A DNA stretch of 55,824 bases from Escherichia virus TH28. Shown one piece after another: positions 37,955 to 48,800 of this stretch (the first letter of the stretch is position 1; the number at the start of each line of letters is the position of its first letter). The stretch is taken from sequence record MT446402.1; one strand, 5' to 3'. The position numbers were made by a program, and so were the translations under genes. The notes under the pieces were generated by a model, which was given only the letters and a program-made list of their open reading frames with translations, did no database searches and had not been told where the DNA came from.

Positions 37955-39346
37955 TTATAAAGTGGATATTTGGTTTGGTGTCATCTTGAAATCCCAAACT
38001 CGGAAGTTACGAACCGCATAGTTTCTTGATGTTGGGCGATAGTGAATCTGTGGGTATCTTCCGACACATGCAGCAGCAGCATTCTGAGAAGTATCAGAAG
38101 CTACACGAACACCATCAACATAAATCTCAAGGCCAGTGGTTGTGCTAAGGGTTGCAACAATACGATACCAACGATTCACCTGGGCAGGAAGATTATAGTA
38201 AATCCAATCACTAGCTCCAGAGGCATTTCGGTTAATATTAAGCTGACCTTTGTTCTGCAAATAGAAATCTATGTTCTCGTTATTCAACCCATTTAAGGAA
38301 AAGAATACGCCAACAGAATCATCACTACTCGGTGCACGAGGTGTATTAGATAGGATGTCTACACAGATTGTGCAGTCCATAAAACCATATCCAACACCTT
38401 CATACATCACATCCAGATTATCTTGTCCAGCAGGTCGATACAAAGCACCACCGTAAGCATTGTTGAAGTACAAGCTATCGGGGGCGTTAATTGCACCCTT
38501 TCCATAATAGATGTTGAAATCACCAATCAAATGCTGGCAGAAGTTTGGTTCTGGTACAGCATACTTTGGTTCTTCACGAGCCTTAACTTCTGCAAATGTT
38601 GCATCAGTAATGATTCGAGAGTTGGTGTTTGTTGAAGCCTTTCCAACAACTGGAACACCACTGGCATCCAGACCAATACGTGTATCACCAGACTGCATGT
38701 AGAAGCCAGCAGGACCGAATGACAACTTTGTGGTTCCACTTGCATCAAACAACATACCTTGCTGGAACGTAACAGGTCCGGTATAAGTGCCGCCAATGAT
38801 AGGTACAGCACCTGCCTGAGCAGCAGTTACTTGATGGGGATTGTTTCGGTCGTTGGCGTGACTTGCAACAAGGGCATTATATTGAGCAATCAACGAATCG
38901 ATTTGTGCTTTGTTGTATGCACCAATCATGTTGGCTGTTAGTCTGTGTGGGTTAGAAGTAACATCTGCAATGTGTGCAGAAATCTTACTAACAATATCGT
39001 CGTAGTCATAACGAGATACTTGAATCGCACTTGCAGCCCACTGCCCTAAGTTCTGGCTAGGGCGCAGAGTACGACTAGGAGAACCAACAGTTGCAACATA
39101 AACAGTTCGAGTTGCATCATCCCACACAAGGGAACCAAGTCCGTACTGAACATCGGTTCCCCATTCGAAGACACCACGTTCAGCTAATGCCAGAAGAGTA
39201 GTGTCAACCTTATACTGCAAATAGTTAAGAACCTGGAAGGTTGGGATTTCTGCAATCCACCCTTGAAGATATTTAGCATCTCCTGGGTCACGCCGTAAGT
39301 TGGCGTTGTTCGAAGTCCAGACTCTATTAAGTTTTGGTCTTAACAT
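37955..39346 (-). CDS. tail fibre protein
   Basis: 463 aa; fibre-like composition. Confidence 0.5.
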   Translation of the reverse strand: MLRPKLNRVWTSNNANLRRDPGDAKYLQGWIAEIPTFQVLNYLQYKVDTTLLALAERGVFEWGTDVQYGLGSLVWDDATRTVYVATVGSPSRTLRPSQNLGQWAASAIQVSRYDYDDIVSKISAHIADVTSNPHRLTANMIGAYNKAQIDSLIAQYNALVASHANDRNNPHQVTAAQAGAVPIIGGTYTGPVTFQQGMLFDASGTTKLSFGPAGFYMQSGDTRIGLDASGVPVVGKASTNTNSRIITDATFAEVKAREEPKYAVPEPNFCQHLIGDFNIYYGKGAINAPDSLYFNNAYGGALYRPAGQDNLDVMYEGVGYGFMDCTICVDILSNTPRAPSSDDSVGVFFSLNGLNNENIDFYLQNKGQLNINRNASGASDWIYYNLPAQVNRWYRIVATLSTTTGLEIYVDGVRVASDTSQNAAAACVGRYPQIHYRPTSRNYAVRNFRVWDFKMTPNQISTL

Positions 39347-40545
39347 TATCGTCTCGCAAGCATAGAGATTTGGTTGGCAGAAAGTCTTGGATATACGGCA
39401 AAGAATCTTAGAGCCATAACAGTCTTATCTGCAAATAAGTTATTATCAATGTAGTCCTTCAAATCAAGTCCGTCAGGGAAGTTGAAGGAATCACCATCAG
39501 CAGTTCGCATGACCACATCGACTTCATCGGTAGTAACCACAACAACCACAGTGGTCGGTATATCCAGAATAGGACCAAAGAATTTCAACCCATTGTCAGA
39601 GATTTTAAATCCACCATACCAAAACTCTGGGTCAATGGTTGTCTCGACAGTCCACAAACCAACAGACTCTGCGTCATTAATATCTTCATGGAAGTTGGCA
39701 CGGAGCATTGGCACAGGAAGTGCAAACTGATTACCATACTTAATGTTGAAGCTGTTGTAGTTTGCTTCTGTGATGATTTCAAAAGCACCCGCAGAGTTGA
39801 TGAACCACGCGTGTCCACCACTGTCCACACCGATTGCAGTAGTTCCGTTGACCAATTCAAATACGCCGGTAGAATCATTTCGATGTGCATATTGTGAAAC
39901 ACCGCTACCAGCATATGCTTCTTCAGTGAAGACTATCGGACCTGTGAAGGTTCCACCAGATGTTGGAAGTGTTCCAAGTTGTTCTGGAGTTACCCTGTGA
40001 ACAGATGCACCAGTTCTGGAGATGTGATACGGGATTGTTGTAACTCGTTCGTCACTGGCAAACCTGTCATACACATAATCTTGAAGGTAGGTTCCATCAA
40101 CAATTGTGTCTACAGTATCCTTGTGCGGGTTCTGTTCTGCCATGTGGGCATTGAACGTGTTCTTGAGATATTGGACCTTTTCACTATACTGAACGAGGTT
40201 AGTCTCAAGAACTTCCTGCCACCCACTTCCAGAGGTTGAAGGATTTATATTCCCAGGAATCTCTTCCCGCTTCTGATAAATCTTACCATCAACTAATGCA
40301 AAAGCACCGAGTGAGTATGTTACAGTGTCGCACCATTGAAGTATGCCACCAAGCAACATCTCTCGAATCTTGACGTCAGTGATTTGAGTTAAGAAGTTCT
40401 GCCATTGTTCAGGAGGCTTTTCAGCTTCCCAACCAACAGTGGCATATCGGTCTGGAATATAGGATGGTGCAGTTGTATCCAAGTCGGGGTCAAGTGCTTC
40501 GCCATCCTGCGCCCAATATTCTGGGTAATTCAAACGATTTGTCAT
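39346..40545 (-). CDS. tail fibre protein
   Basis: 399 aa; follows baseplate genes. Confidence 0.5.
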   Translation of the reverse strand: MTNRLNYPEYWAQDGEALDPDLDTTAPSYIPDRYATVGWEAEKPPEQWQNFLTQITDVKIREMLLGGILQWCDTVTYSLGAFALVDGKIYQKREEIPGNINPSTSGSGWQEVLETNLVQYSEKVQYLKNTFNAHMAEQNPHKDTVDTIVDGTYLQDYVYDRFASDERVTTIPYHISRTGASVHRVTPEQLGTLPTSGGTFTGPIVFTEEAYAGSGVSQYAHRNDSTGVFELVNGTTAIGVDSGGHAWFINSAGAFEIITEANYNSFNIKYGNQFALPVPMLRANFHEDINDAESVGLWTVETTIDPEFWYGGFKISDNGLKFFGPILDIPTTVVVVVTTDEVDVVMRTADGDSFNFPDGLDLKDYIDNNLFADKTVMALRFFAVYPRLSANQISMLARR

Positions 40546-41186
40546 TGGTTCTCCGGTGGATAAACTTTAGAGACGTATGGAAGGTCAATAGCACCACCAT
40601 TGTCTGCAAGGGTTATGGAGATGCCAACAGGTTTAAAGTCTGGCAGCATGTAAGCTAACAAGACTTTCTCAGCAACTGACAAGGTATTATGAACCTGATA
40701 GTGTAACGTCTGGAACCCTTCAACAATTTCAAGATTCAAGTTACGACCAAGAACAAGGTCTACATAAACAATCAGTTCTTCGATTGTACAGCTTCCGACA
40801 ATCTTGCGAATACGAGCACGTATCGCATCTTTAAGCTGAGTGTCGGTACGAACAAAGTCACCAGAGTCTCGGTCACTATCTGACTTCAAGACACCACCAA
40901 CGCCAGGATTATTGTCATCTCCAGCAGGGAATGCACTTGGGTCAGAATAGAAGCCGAAGTACCCAAGTGGTGCAGCACCATAGATAGTACGGCTGGCACC
41001 AACGAGATATGCAATATCATCAACCATGACGCCGAATGAATCAGCAAGGTAGCGATATTTAACAGACTCTTCTTGAGCATTTTGAACGAGCTTTAACTCG
41101 TCCAAGAAAATCTGGATATATGCCCGTAAGTTTGGAGAATCGCTATACTGCATTAGCAGCATATCTAAACCAGATTTACCAGCCAT
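40542..41186 (-). CDS. baseplate protein (P2 gpI-like)
   Basis: 214 aa immediately downstream of baseplate J-like gene. Confidence 0.45.
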   Translation of the reverse strand: MAGKSGLDMLLMQYSDSPNLRAYIQIFLDELKLVQNAQEESVKYRYLADSFGVMVDDIAYLVGASRTIYGAAPLGYFGFYSDPSAFPAGDDNNPGVGGVLKSDSDRDSGDFVRTDTQLKDAIRARIRKIVGSCTIEELIVYVDLVLGRNLNLEIVEGFQTLHYQVHNTLSVAEKVLLAYMLPDFKPVGISITLADNGGAIDLPYVSKVYPPENQ

Positions 41187-41194
41187 GATTAACC

Positions 41195-42349
41195 TTATGG
41201 TGTTTCAGTGAAAATTACAGATGCAGTTGTAGCTTCCGCTTTCTTATCAATGTCCAGTTCGATTGTAGCAATTCCAGTAGGACTTGCAGAAGTACCAATG
41301 AACAATGAATCAACCTGAACACCATTAGTGGCATCCATGATAGGCTTGAAACATTCTGACCAGATAACAGAATCACCTGGGTTCAGGGAGTTGATGTAAT
41401 CCATCATAGCTGTTTGTAACTGACGGGCAGCATCATTGGAACTAATGTTAGAACCAGGGCGACGCTTGAATGTACCAGTTACATAAATGATTTCATCTTC
41501 TGGACGACTGAACTTAACTTCGTGTGGATAACCTTTACTGTCATAAATAGACACAGATGTAGTCCCATGAGTTGGGACACCGCCCGTTTTGGAAGAGTAG
41601 ATTCGACGAGCAATTTCGTCTTCTGTTCCACCCTCTACGACAACAAAGACTGTACCCGAAGGCTGAGTCCCAATAGGAGCGCCGGTATCATTATCACGAA
41701 TACGAAGGTAAGATAGATTAAGGTCAGCGAGTGCAGCGTAAATAGCTTCAACAAAGGCCGAACCGCTGTGCGCAGTAGTCCTGTCACGGCGAGTACGAAG
41801 TGCTGGGTCAGACTCATAATCCACACCTGTTTGACCAATCTCTGGGTTGTTAACTGATTCCCAACCTGCGACTGGTGTATTGATTTTATTAACAGTGTCG
41901 GCAGCAATATAATATTCACCAGTTTCTGTGGCTACTGCCGTAACAGTTCCTGGAATAATGCAATCATATTGCGTCTCAAAATCCATTGTTCCATCACTGA
42001 CAATAGAGCCAGCAGGAACAAGGGTGCCAGCCTGACCAGCACAACGGACACCAACACGAGAAGGCCAGTTGACCAATCGTTTAGTGAATGTCAGTTCACA
42101 GATGTTGTCCAGACCAATCTTCTGCATTGCACCAGGACGATAGGCATTGTATACCATTTCAGCCTGTTGCCAGCACTTAGAGATTTCTTCCGAAATGATT
42201 CCAATAACCTGACCATCTGGGCCTTCTGGACTAATGTCAAAGTTGGCACCAAACACGCTAAGGAATCTGCTATTAATGTGCGACACGATTTCTTGAACAG
42301 GCTTCTGTACGAACCCGTTTTCAGTCACGCCGTACTGGATTGTTGCCAT
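41195..42349 (-). CDS. baseplate J-like protein
   Basis: 384 aa; size and position match the gpJ/gp47 family. Confidence 0.6.
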   Translation of the reverse strand: MATIQYGVTENGFVQKPVQEIVSHINSRFLSVFGANFDISPEGPDGQVIGIISEEISKCWQQAEMVYNAYRPGAMQKIGLDNICELTFTKRLVNWPSRVGVRCAGQAGTLVPAGSIVSDGTMDFETQYDCIIPGTVTAVATETGEYYIAADTVNKINTPVAGWESVNNPEIGQTGVDYESDPALRTRRDRTTAHSGSAFVEAIYAALADLNLSYLRIRDNDTGAPIGTQPSGTVFVVVEGGTEDEIARRIYSSKTGGVPTHGTTSVSIYDSKGYPHEVKFSRPEDEIIYVTGTFKRRPGSNISSNDAARQLQTAMMDYINSLNPGDSVIWSECFKPIMDATNGVQVDSLFIGTSASPTGIATIELDIDKKAEATTASVIFTETP

Positions 42350-42696
42350 GTTAAGTAATCCTCAAGATTCCCGTAATCGGAGATAGCAATGAAAGAAATT
42401 CTCACTTCACGCTCACGGAAATCAGCATCAATGTTTATAGAGATAAGTTGTTGAACACCAGGAGTGCTTCGAATGACATTGGCGATAGCCGCCTCAATGT
42501 CGGCAGTTCGAACAGTTTTAGTGAAGATTCCTTCAAACCAAGGAAGACCAGTGGTCGGGTCATGTTTCCATTCTCCGAACACCGTCAGTAATCTGCACTT
42601 AACTATTTGAGCAACTTCTTCTACACCACCAACCCTGGTTGCACCACGACCAATAATAATATCGTGGTTAGAATCTAATAGTAAGTTTCCAGCCAT
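42325..42696 (-). CDS. baseplate wedge protein (gpW/gp25-like)
   Basis: 123 aa between spike and J-like genes. Confidence 0.45.
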   Translation of the reverse strand: MAGNLLLDSNHDIIIGRGATRVGGVEEVAQIVKCRLLTVFGEWKHDPTTGLPWFEGIFTKTVRTADIEAAIANVIRSTPGVQQLISINIDADFREREVRISFIAISDYGNLEDYLTWQQSSTA

Positions 42697-43490
42697 TATT
42701 TCATCGGCCCTACATCGCCGCCTTCTGGGTTAGTGTGAGTGTGTTCGTTAACCGTGACCCCGTTAATGGTGAACGTACCCTGTTGAATCATGTTGCCTGT
42801 GATGGACATTGTTCCACCACCACTGCCACCGGAAACGGACATTCCACCAAGTACAGTGAGTGATTTGGTAACTGTTGTGTCGCCATCCAGAAGGATTTGC
42901 GGCGAGATAACAGACGCTTTCTCTGTCGCTTCAATTACTATCTCCGAATCTTTCGTGATTGTAATCTTTGCAGCACCAGTAATAAGTTCTACCTTTCCGT
43001 CACCATGAAGTGTCAGACGTTGGTCACGACTTGCATTTCGGAGTTCAGTAACTCCTGCATTAAATCCTGGTATTGCACCTGGAATTGGTTGTGTCCCAAT
43101 AATGCACACAGCAGAATTGTGGGAGAACAATTGGCTGAATGCTGGGGCAGGTCTTCCACCAATCATGCCAGCAGAGTCTTTATTCTCTGCCAGCCAATGT
43201 TCGATTCCACGTTGAGCAAAATGAACATAGCAAGGAGTACCATCTGGGACTGGATGCGTTAAACTCCAGCCACCACCCTGAATGAATTGTACGGGAACAT
43301 TTCTGAGCCGCTTCTTCTTCTCCAGGGTGTAGGCATTGGTGTAGCCTGTGAATAGGTTTTCGATTGCAAGCTGCACCTCACATGTTTGAGTTACAGCATC
43401 GAAGTTATAAATATGGCCTGGGTATCCTGTGTTAACAGTTGCAGACTTTACATCGTTGTTATGACTCGCCACGTTCAAGCACACTCGCAT
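42696..43490 (-). CDS. baseplate spike (gpV/gp45-like)
   Basis: C-terminal Gly-rich repeat region ending NEHTHTNPEGG, typical of spike tips. Confidence 0.5.
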   Translation of the reverse strand: MRVCLNVASHNNDVKSATVNTGYPGHIYNFDAVTQTCEVQLAIENLFTGYTNAYTLEKKKRLRNVPVQFIQGGGWSLTHPVPDGTPCYVHFAQRGIEHWLAENKDSAGMIGGRPAPAFSQLFSHNSAVCIIGTQPIPGAIPGFNAGVTELRNASRDQRLTLHGDGKVELITGAAKITITKDSEIVIEATEKASVISPQILLDGDTTVTKSLTVLGGMSVSGGSGGGTMSITGNMIQQGTFTINGVTVNEHTHTNPEGGDVGPMK

Positions 43491-43821
43491 CTACAATGAA
43501 GAGGAACATTTGTCGCCAAGTGTAGACCTCTTCTCCTGGGCTTACAGTATTCGTAACGTACATGTTCGGAAGTGGTGTACTGTATTGCTTAAGAATATCA
43601 ATACCACCACGAATTGGGATTCCGTAAATCTTTTCAGATGCACCCCAAGCAAGGTCAAACATGTAACAGTTTAAATACTCGTTTAAATACAATGCAGACA
43701 TTTTGACTGTGATTCCACGAAACTCAAAAGATACATCCTTTGAAATATCGTATGGAACAGTCTTCACATATCCTGGAGGGAGTAGTGATAATATTTCTTG
43801 CAGTGCTTGTTGTTCTGTCAT
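43459..43821 (-). CDS. baseplate / tail hypothetical protein
   Basis: 120-aa ORF in baseplate block. Confidence 0.35.
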   Translation of the reverse strand: MTEQQALQEILSLLPPGYVKTVPYDISKDVSFEFRGITVKMSALYLNEYLNCYMFDLAWGASEKIYGIPIRGGIDILKQYSTPLPNMYVTNTVSPGEEVYTWRQMFLFIVDASVLERGES

Positions 43822-44768
43822 TTGAACAGTCTTCCTTTAACCGAGGACAGTGGAGATTCAAGTTTGGCAAGTTTGTCTTTCAACGTACCAAGTTGACTCA
43901 CTGCCGTAGCACCTACTGCACCCAGACCTGGGAGAGATATGCCAGCACCACCGAGAGCACCTATTCCAGCACTTTGAGCAATCTTCCCAAACTCAGAGTA
44001 GTCTGTCATGGATTGCATTGCTTTACGTGCTTCGATTGCCAATGTATCTTCACCAATAACCTGCAATTCTTCCAGCGTGATTTCAACAGCCAGTATCGCA
44101 GAAGTCATCTTGTCAGTCTTAGTTCGAATGCCTGTTACTACGCAATTCAAATAAGGCCCAATGATGGTGGAGATGTACAGCTTGGTTCCGGTCGAACGGA
44201 AGTTGTTGAACAAATCATAGGTAGACTGAATTCGGTTGCTTGTTTCAAATGCAGAAGCAACAGCACCAGCAGCAGCACCAATGATTGGGATGATTGGGTT
44301 ATTAAAGATTGCACCAGTGGCAACAGATAAACCCTGAACAGAAGCAGTCCACATTGCAGCGTTCTGCATGTTTGTTGCAACAGCAGTTAGCTTTAGGATT
44401 CGGTTCTGTTTGATGATGTGGTCACTTACCATGAAGCCCGAACTTACAGGGAACTTGGTAACGACTGATTGAGCATCATGCTCTTCACTAACCATTGCAT
44501 CAAACTTAAAAGAGTTGAAGCTCTCTGGAACCGAAGACATAACAAGGGATTCCATTGTCTTGGCAATGCCGCCAAAGGCTTTACCAAACAATCCTTCATC
44601 TTCTTTCTGAACCGATGGGCCATTTGACCACATGATTACAGATGGGTTATGCCCGTAGCTAAATGCTTTTGACAGGGATGATAATCCATCCCCGATAAGA
44701 CTTGTATCAATTAATGCCATTAGAAAGACTCCATAGCCATTCCACTGTTTAGGTAGGCTTGCTGCCAA
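43818..44768 (-). CDS. tail / baseplate structural protein
   Basis: 316-aa ORF in baseplate block. Confidence 0.4.
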   Translation of the reverse strand: MAASLPKQWNGYGVFLMALIDTSLIGDGLSSLSKAFSYGHNPSVIMWSNGPSVQKEDEGLFGKAFGGIAKTMESLVMSSVPESFNSFKFDAMVSEEHDAQSVVTKFPVSSGFMVSDHIIKQNRILKLTAVATNMQNAAMWTASVQGLSVATGAIFNNPIIPIIGAAAGAVASAFETSNRIQSTYDLFNNFRSTGTKLYISTIIGPYLNCVVTGIRTKTDKMTSAILAVEITLEELQVIGEDTLAIEARKAMQSMTDYSEFGKIAQSAGIGALGGAGISLPGLGAVGATAVSQLGTLKDKLAKLESPLSSVKGRLFK

Positions 44769-45826
44769 GCCGCTTCTTTACCGCCCATTGCAGTATTGCC
44801 ACCAAGCATTGCAGTGATGGTTGTTTGGAAAACAGTTTCATGGGTTGAGCCATGATGGACAACTTCTGTAATGAAGTATTTATCTTCCATCGCCCAACGG
44901 AACACGCTCTGGTCTGTGTTAAGAACAACACCCTTTCCAGTTACAGAGGTTACACCATTCGCCAGCAATTGTTCTCCCAACAAAGGAGATACATCAAGAA
45001 TCATTCCTGGCTGATAACTCGCATTCAGAAATGTATTCAATGAATATGTTGCAATGCCAGCAATAGGATTCCCAATAACCTGGTTGGCATCCAGCTTGAT
45101 TGGTTCACGGTCTTTTGACATTCTATCTACAGCATCTTTGTTGCCGTAGGTATCTGGGAAGATTTGAATCTCACCAGTAGTTACAGAGAATAGTAAATTG
45201 TATTCTCCAAGCAGGGTTCGGAACTCTTCCAAGAATGTGTCATGGAATACTCGACCCAACTTCAACTGAGATTTGAATACAGACTCTTCAACACCAAAAG
45301 ATGAAATAGTGGAGAAGCCGTAATCCGCACACATAGAACGAATGGCATCTTCCAACGTTGCACCATTTGGAATATCTTTCATCTGAGTAAATTCAGTAGA
45401 TGCACCATAGGCTTTGGAGATGCAGAACAATTGTGTTACGTGTTCTGGAGGACGTCTGAATCCAACTGCGTTTGTTACTATGCCAGAGAAGATTGTTGGG
45501 AGGATTTGACCAATCTCAATCCTTACTTCCGAATCAGCCTGACTTGGGCTTTGATACTTACTGTGACCAGCATTAACAATGCGCTCGTCTTCATAGTATC
45601 CTGCACGAATTTCAATATACATATCACCATAGGACTTGTCTTGAAGGAATTTAACTTCATCAACGCCCAGGTTGTATAGAGTAATATCGGCAGTATCTGC
45701 GGGCCAACCAACAGTTGACCGGATGGTGAAATCAATCTTGTGCGCTTTAAACACAGACTTGGTTTCTGGGTCATCCTTTCTTGAGACAACTATCTCTATA
45801 CCACGCATCCACGGCATGTTATACAC
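44720..45826 (-). CDS. baseplate hub-like protein
   Basis: 368-aa ORF directly after tape-measure-position gene. Confidence 0.4.
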   Translation of the reverse strand: MYNMPWMRGIEIVVSRKDDPETKSVFKAHKIDFTIRSTVGWPADTADITLYNLGVDEVKFLQDKSYGDMYIEIRAGYYEDERIVNAGHSKYQSPSQADSEVRIEIGQILPTIFSGIVTNAVGFRRPPEHVTQLFCISKAYGASTEFTQMKDIPNGATLEDAIRSMCADYGFSTISSFGVEESVFKSQLKLGRVFHDTFLEEFRTLLGEYNLLFSVTTGEIQIFPDTYGNKDAVDRMSKDREPIKLDANQVIGNPIAGIATYSLNTFLNASYQPGMILDVSPLLGEQLLANGVTSVTGKGVVLNTDQSVFRWAMEDKYFITEVVHHGSTHETVFQTTITAMLGGNTAMGGKEAAWQQAYLNSGMAMESF

Positions 45827-45892
45827 CTATTGAAATTAATACATATTCAAATAATATTAAAGAGGAATGCCGAGACGAATCCCGGCACTTTC

Positions 45893-48800
45893 TTATCTAC
45901 GTTCCATTGCACCATTACCCATGTTGATTGTTTGGGTAACAGTTTGACCGTTCGGAGTTGACACGGTTGCAGACGCTTGCTTGTTGTTCACAGTAGCTTT
46001 GACTTCAACGTTAACTACAGTGGCCTGTGTCTGACCATAAGACAGTCCGTTTCTGGTGAAGCCAGTTGCACCTTCTGCGATAGAATCACCCTGAGAAGCC
46101 CATTCACGGTACTTCTTGACGCGGTTCTGTGCCTGTAGAGGAACAGCATTGAGCCAGTCGGTTCCGTGTTTGTTGATAGCATCATCAACAGTTCCAGCAC
46201 CATCCGTATACGCCGCCATAGCCTTCTCAGCGTCACCATTATAACGCTTGAGCATTGCATCATAGTAGTCACGACCAACGCGAGCACGTTCTTCCAGTGA
46301 GTTATCACGGGCAGGTTTAACGCCAAATCCTGGGTCACGGGAAGTTGAATCAAGAACCTGCATACGACCTTTGGCACCAGTCGGAGATGTAACCACCGAA
46401 CCATCTGCGTTCAAATCGCGGTTCCCTGACTCTTCTCCTGCGATAAAGTCATATACCGTTCTGGTAGTATCAGCTAAACCATTTGACGCTGTACGCGCTA
46501 CTCTGGCCGCATCTCCACCTGCTTCGATAAATGAACTCCCGTATGATATTGCAGCTTGCGGGACTGCGTATCCTGGCAGCACCCCAGCACGCTCCGTCTG
46601 CGCTATTCCTAGCTGTGCAATACCATCGGCATACTGTGAGTTGGCACCACGGCTTACGTTCTCCTGAGCCTCGTTCACGCTGTAATCTGTACGGTCATAG
46701 GCGCGAGCCATGCCATCCAGACCTGCCATCTCCATAGCGCCAGCGATACGAGCCTGACTCCAGCCCCGCTCCTGACCACGTTCACGCATTACCCGCGCTA
46801 AGGCCACAGGGTCGCCCTGTGCCGCACGAATGTCGCCAATAGTGATAAGACCACGGGTTCCCTGAACGATGTTGACAGCGCCGCTAGGGTCGCCATTCAG
46901 GAGGGTGTTATAGGCACTATGTGTGGTTCGATTGAGTCGGCCAGCTTGTTGCTGATTAAGCCCCAACATCTCCAAGCCCTGTGACATGGAAGAATATTCA
47001 TTAGGGTTATTGACACCAGCGTCTAAAGAGTTTCCGTAGAAATCGTTCAGACCTTCGAGCGCCTCGTTACCAATCTGGGTAGCACCGATAGCCATACCCG
47101 CCACACGTCCCCACGGGGTCATCATGAGGGCATTCATTGCACCATTGGATAGTGAGCCTATGCTACCGCCAGCTACGCCAGCAGCCAATGCGCCACCAGC
47201 ACGACCGAAGTCATCTGAGAAGCTGCCACCAGTATTCCAACCACGACCGCCACCGCCACCGGAACCACCCCCACCAATGCCATAACTACTAGCATCGAAG
47301 GTGTCCCAGAAGCCGCCACCACCGCCACGACCACCATTGTCCCCGAAGTCGGCATCTTGTCCACGCAGCTTATTTTCTTCCTGAGCAGCGAGGATACCTT
47401 TCTTGACAGATACTGCCATCAAGTCATTGCCAGTTGTGCTGTCAGAGCCTACGGCAGAGGCTGTGGCTTCCCCAACTCCAGCACTGGTACGGTTGCCTAT
47501 GAATGGGTCATCGGCTGTACCAGCAGCGGCAGAGTAGCCACGCGTTGACTTCTGCTTAACATCCTTCCAGATACCATCGCCAGTCATTGCAGCACGAGCA
47601 CCTTTGATTAAATCATCATTGGACAAGTCTGAATTAGCTTCAACAAACTCTCGACCAGCATTAAGACGACCAATAGTAGAATCAATCTTATCTTTGTTGC
47701 GTTCGTACCATCCCTCGTCCTTCTCAATCCATTCCGATACCGTCTTGTCTCCGATTGTCTGAGAGAACAATGCACGACTACGGCCAGATACAAGCATGCC
47801 AAATTGAAGTTGGTCGAGATAGTCCTTATGCTCACCAGCAGACAGGTTAGAAAACTTCTTAGCCCTTTCAGGGTTCTTGTGTTCCCAAATCGCGTCATCA
47901 CCGATAAGACCATCTGGGGAATACATGAACGACGGATAATTGTCATTTGTTATTGCGCCAGCTTGCTCAATGTCGAATCCAAATTCTTTGGCGACACGGT
48001 TACGAGCAACTTCTTCCGTCCGATGACCTGCTTCGAACATTCGTTGAGTAAATTCACTTGGCCCCTTTCCGCGTTGTAGGCCAATCTTATCAACCATTGC
48101 AGCCCAGGGTCGGTTGTATTCATTGTTACCAAGAAACGAGCCAACAGTGGAACCAGTAATGTCATATTGCTTGCGGAAGTCTAACCATTCCTGAGTGCCC
48201 TGTTCCATGTTGTGATAACGGATTGGGCCTTCTTGCGGAGCTGGCTGTGGAGCAGAGTCCAAATTAGATATAGCAATGCTCTCACGACGAGAGCGAGCAG
48301 AGTTCCAACTTGTTGGAGAATCAAGTTGTGCAATAAACTCTGTTGAAGGACTTAATTCAGTAGGTCCAGTATTTCTTAAACGTTCAGCAGGGTCAAATGT
48401 TCGAGAAACTTCTGCCTCATTATATTGGTGAGCATTCTCAAGAACACCACGAATTGATGTACCAGAGTAACGAGGGTCGTCACCAATATCTTTCTTAAGG
48501 TTATCGTAACCGGAACGAACATCTGCAATGTCTGCATAACGAGAAGCAGAGTCCAGGATTAAATCTCTGTCAGAAGATTGAGTGCGATATGCATTCATTC
48601 CTCTTTCAGCACCACCAGAATAAACCTTTGCCGCAGATTTAACTACGCCAGAAACATCTTGGTAGAGTGTCTTGCTTGCATCAGACCAACCTGGAGAACC
48701 AGACAAGGATGCAGATAGGGAATATTCAGACTTGATACCTCCACCAAATGAACCTATCGGAAGACCAGATGCGTTAAGAGGCTGTCGAGGATGCAGAATA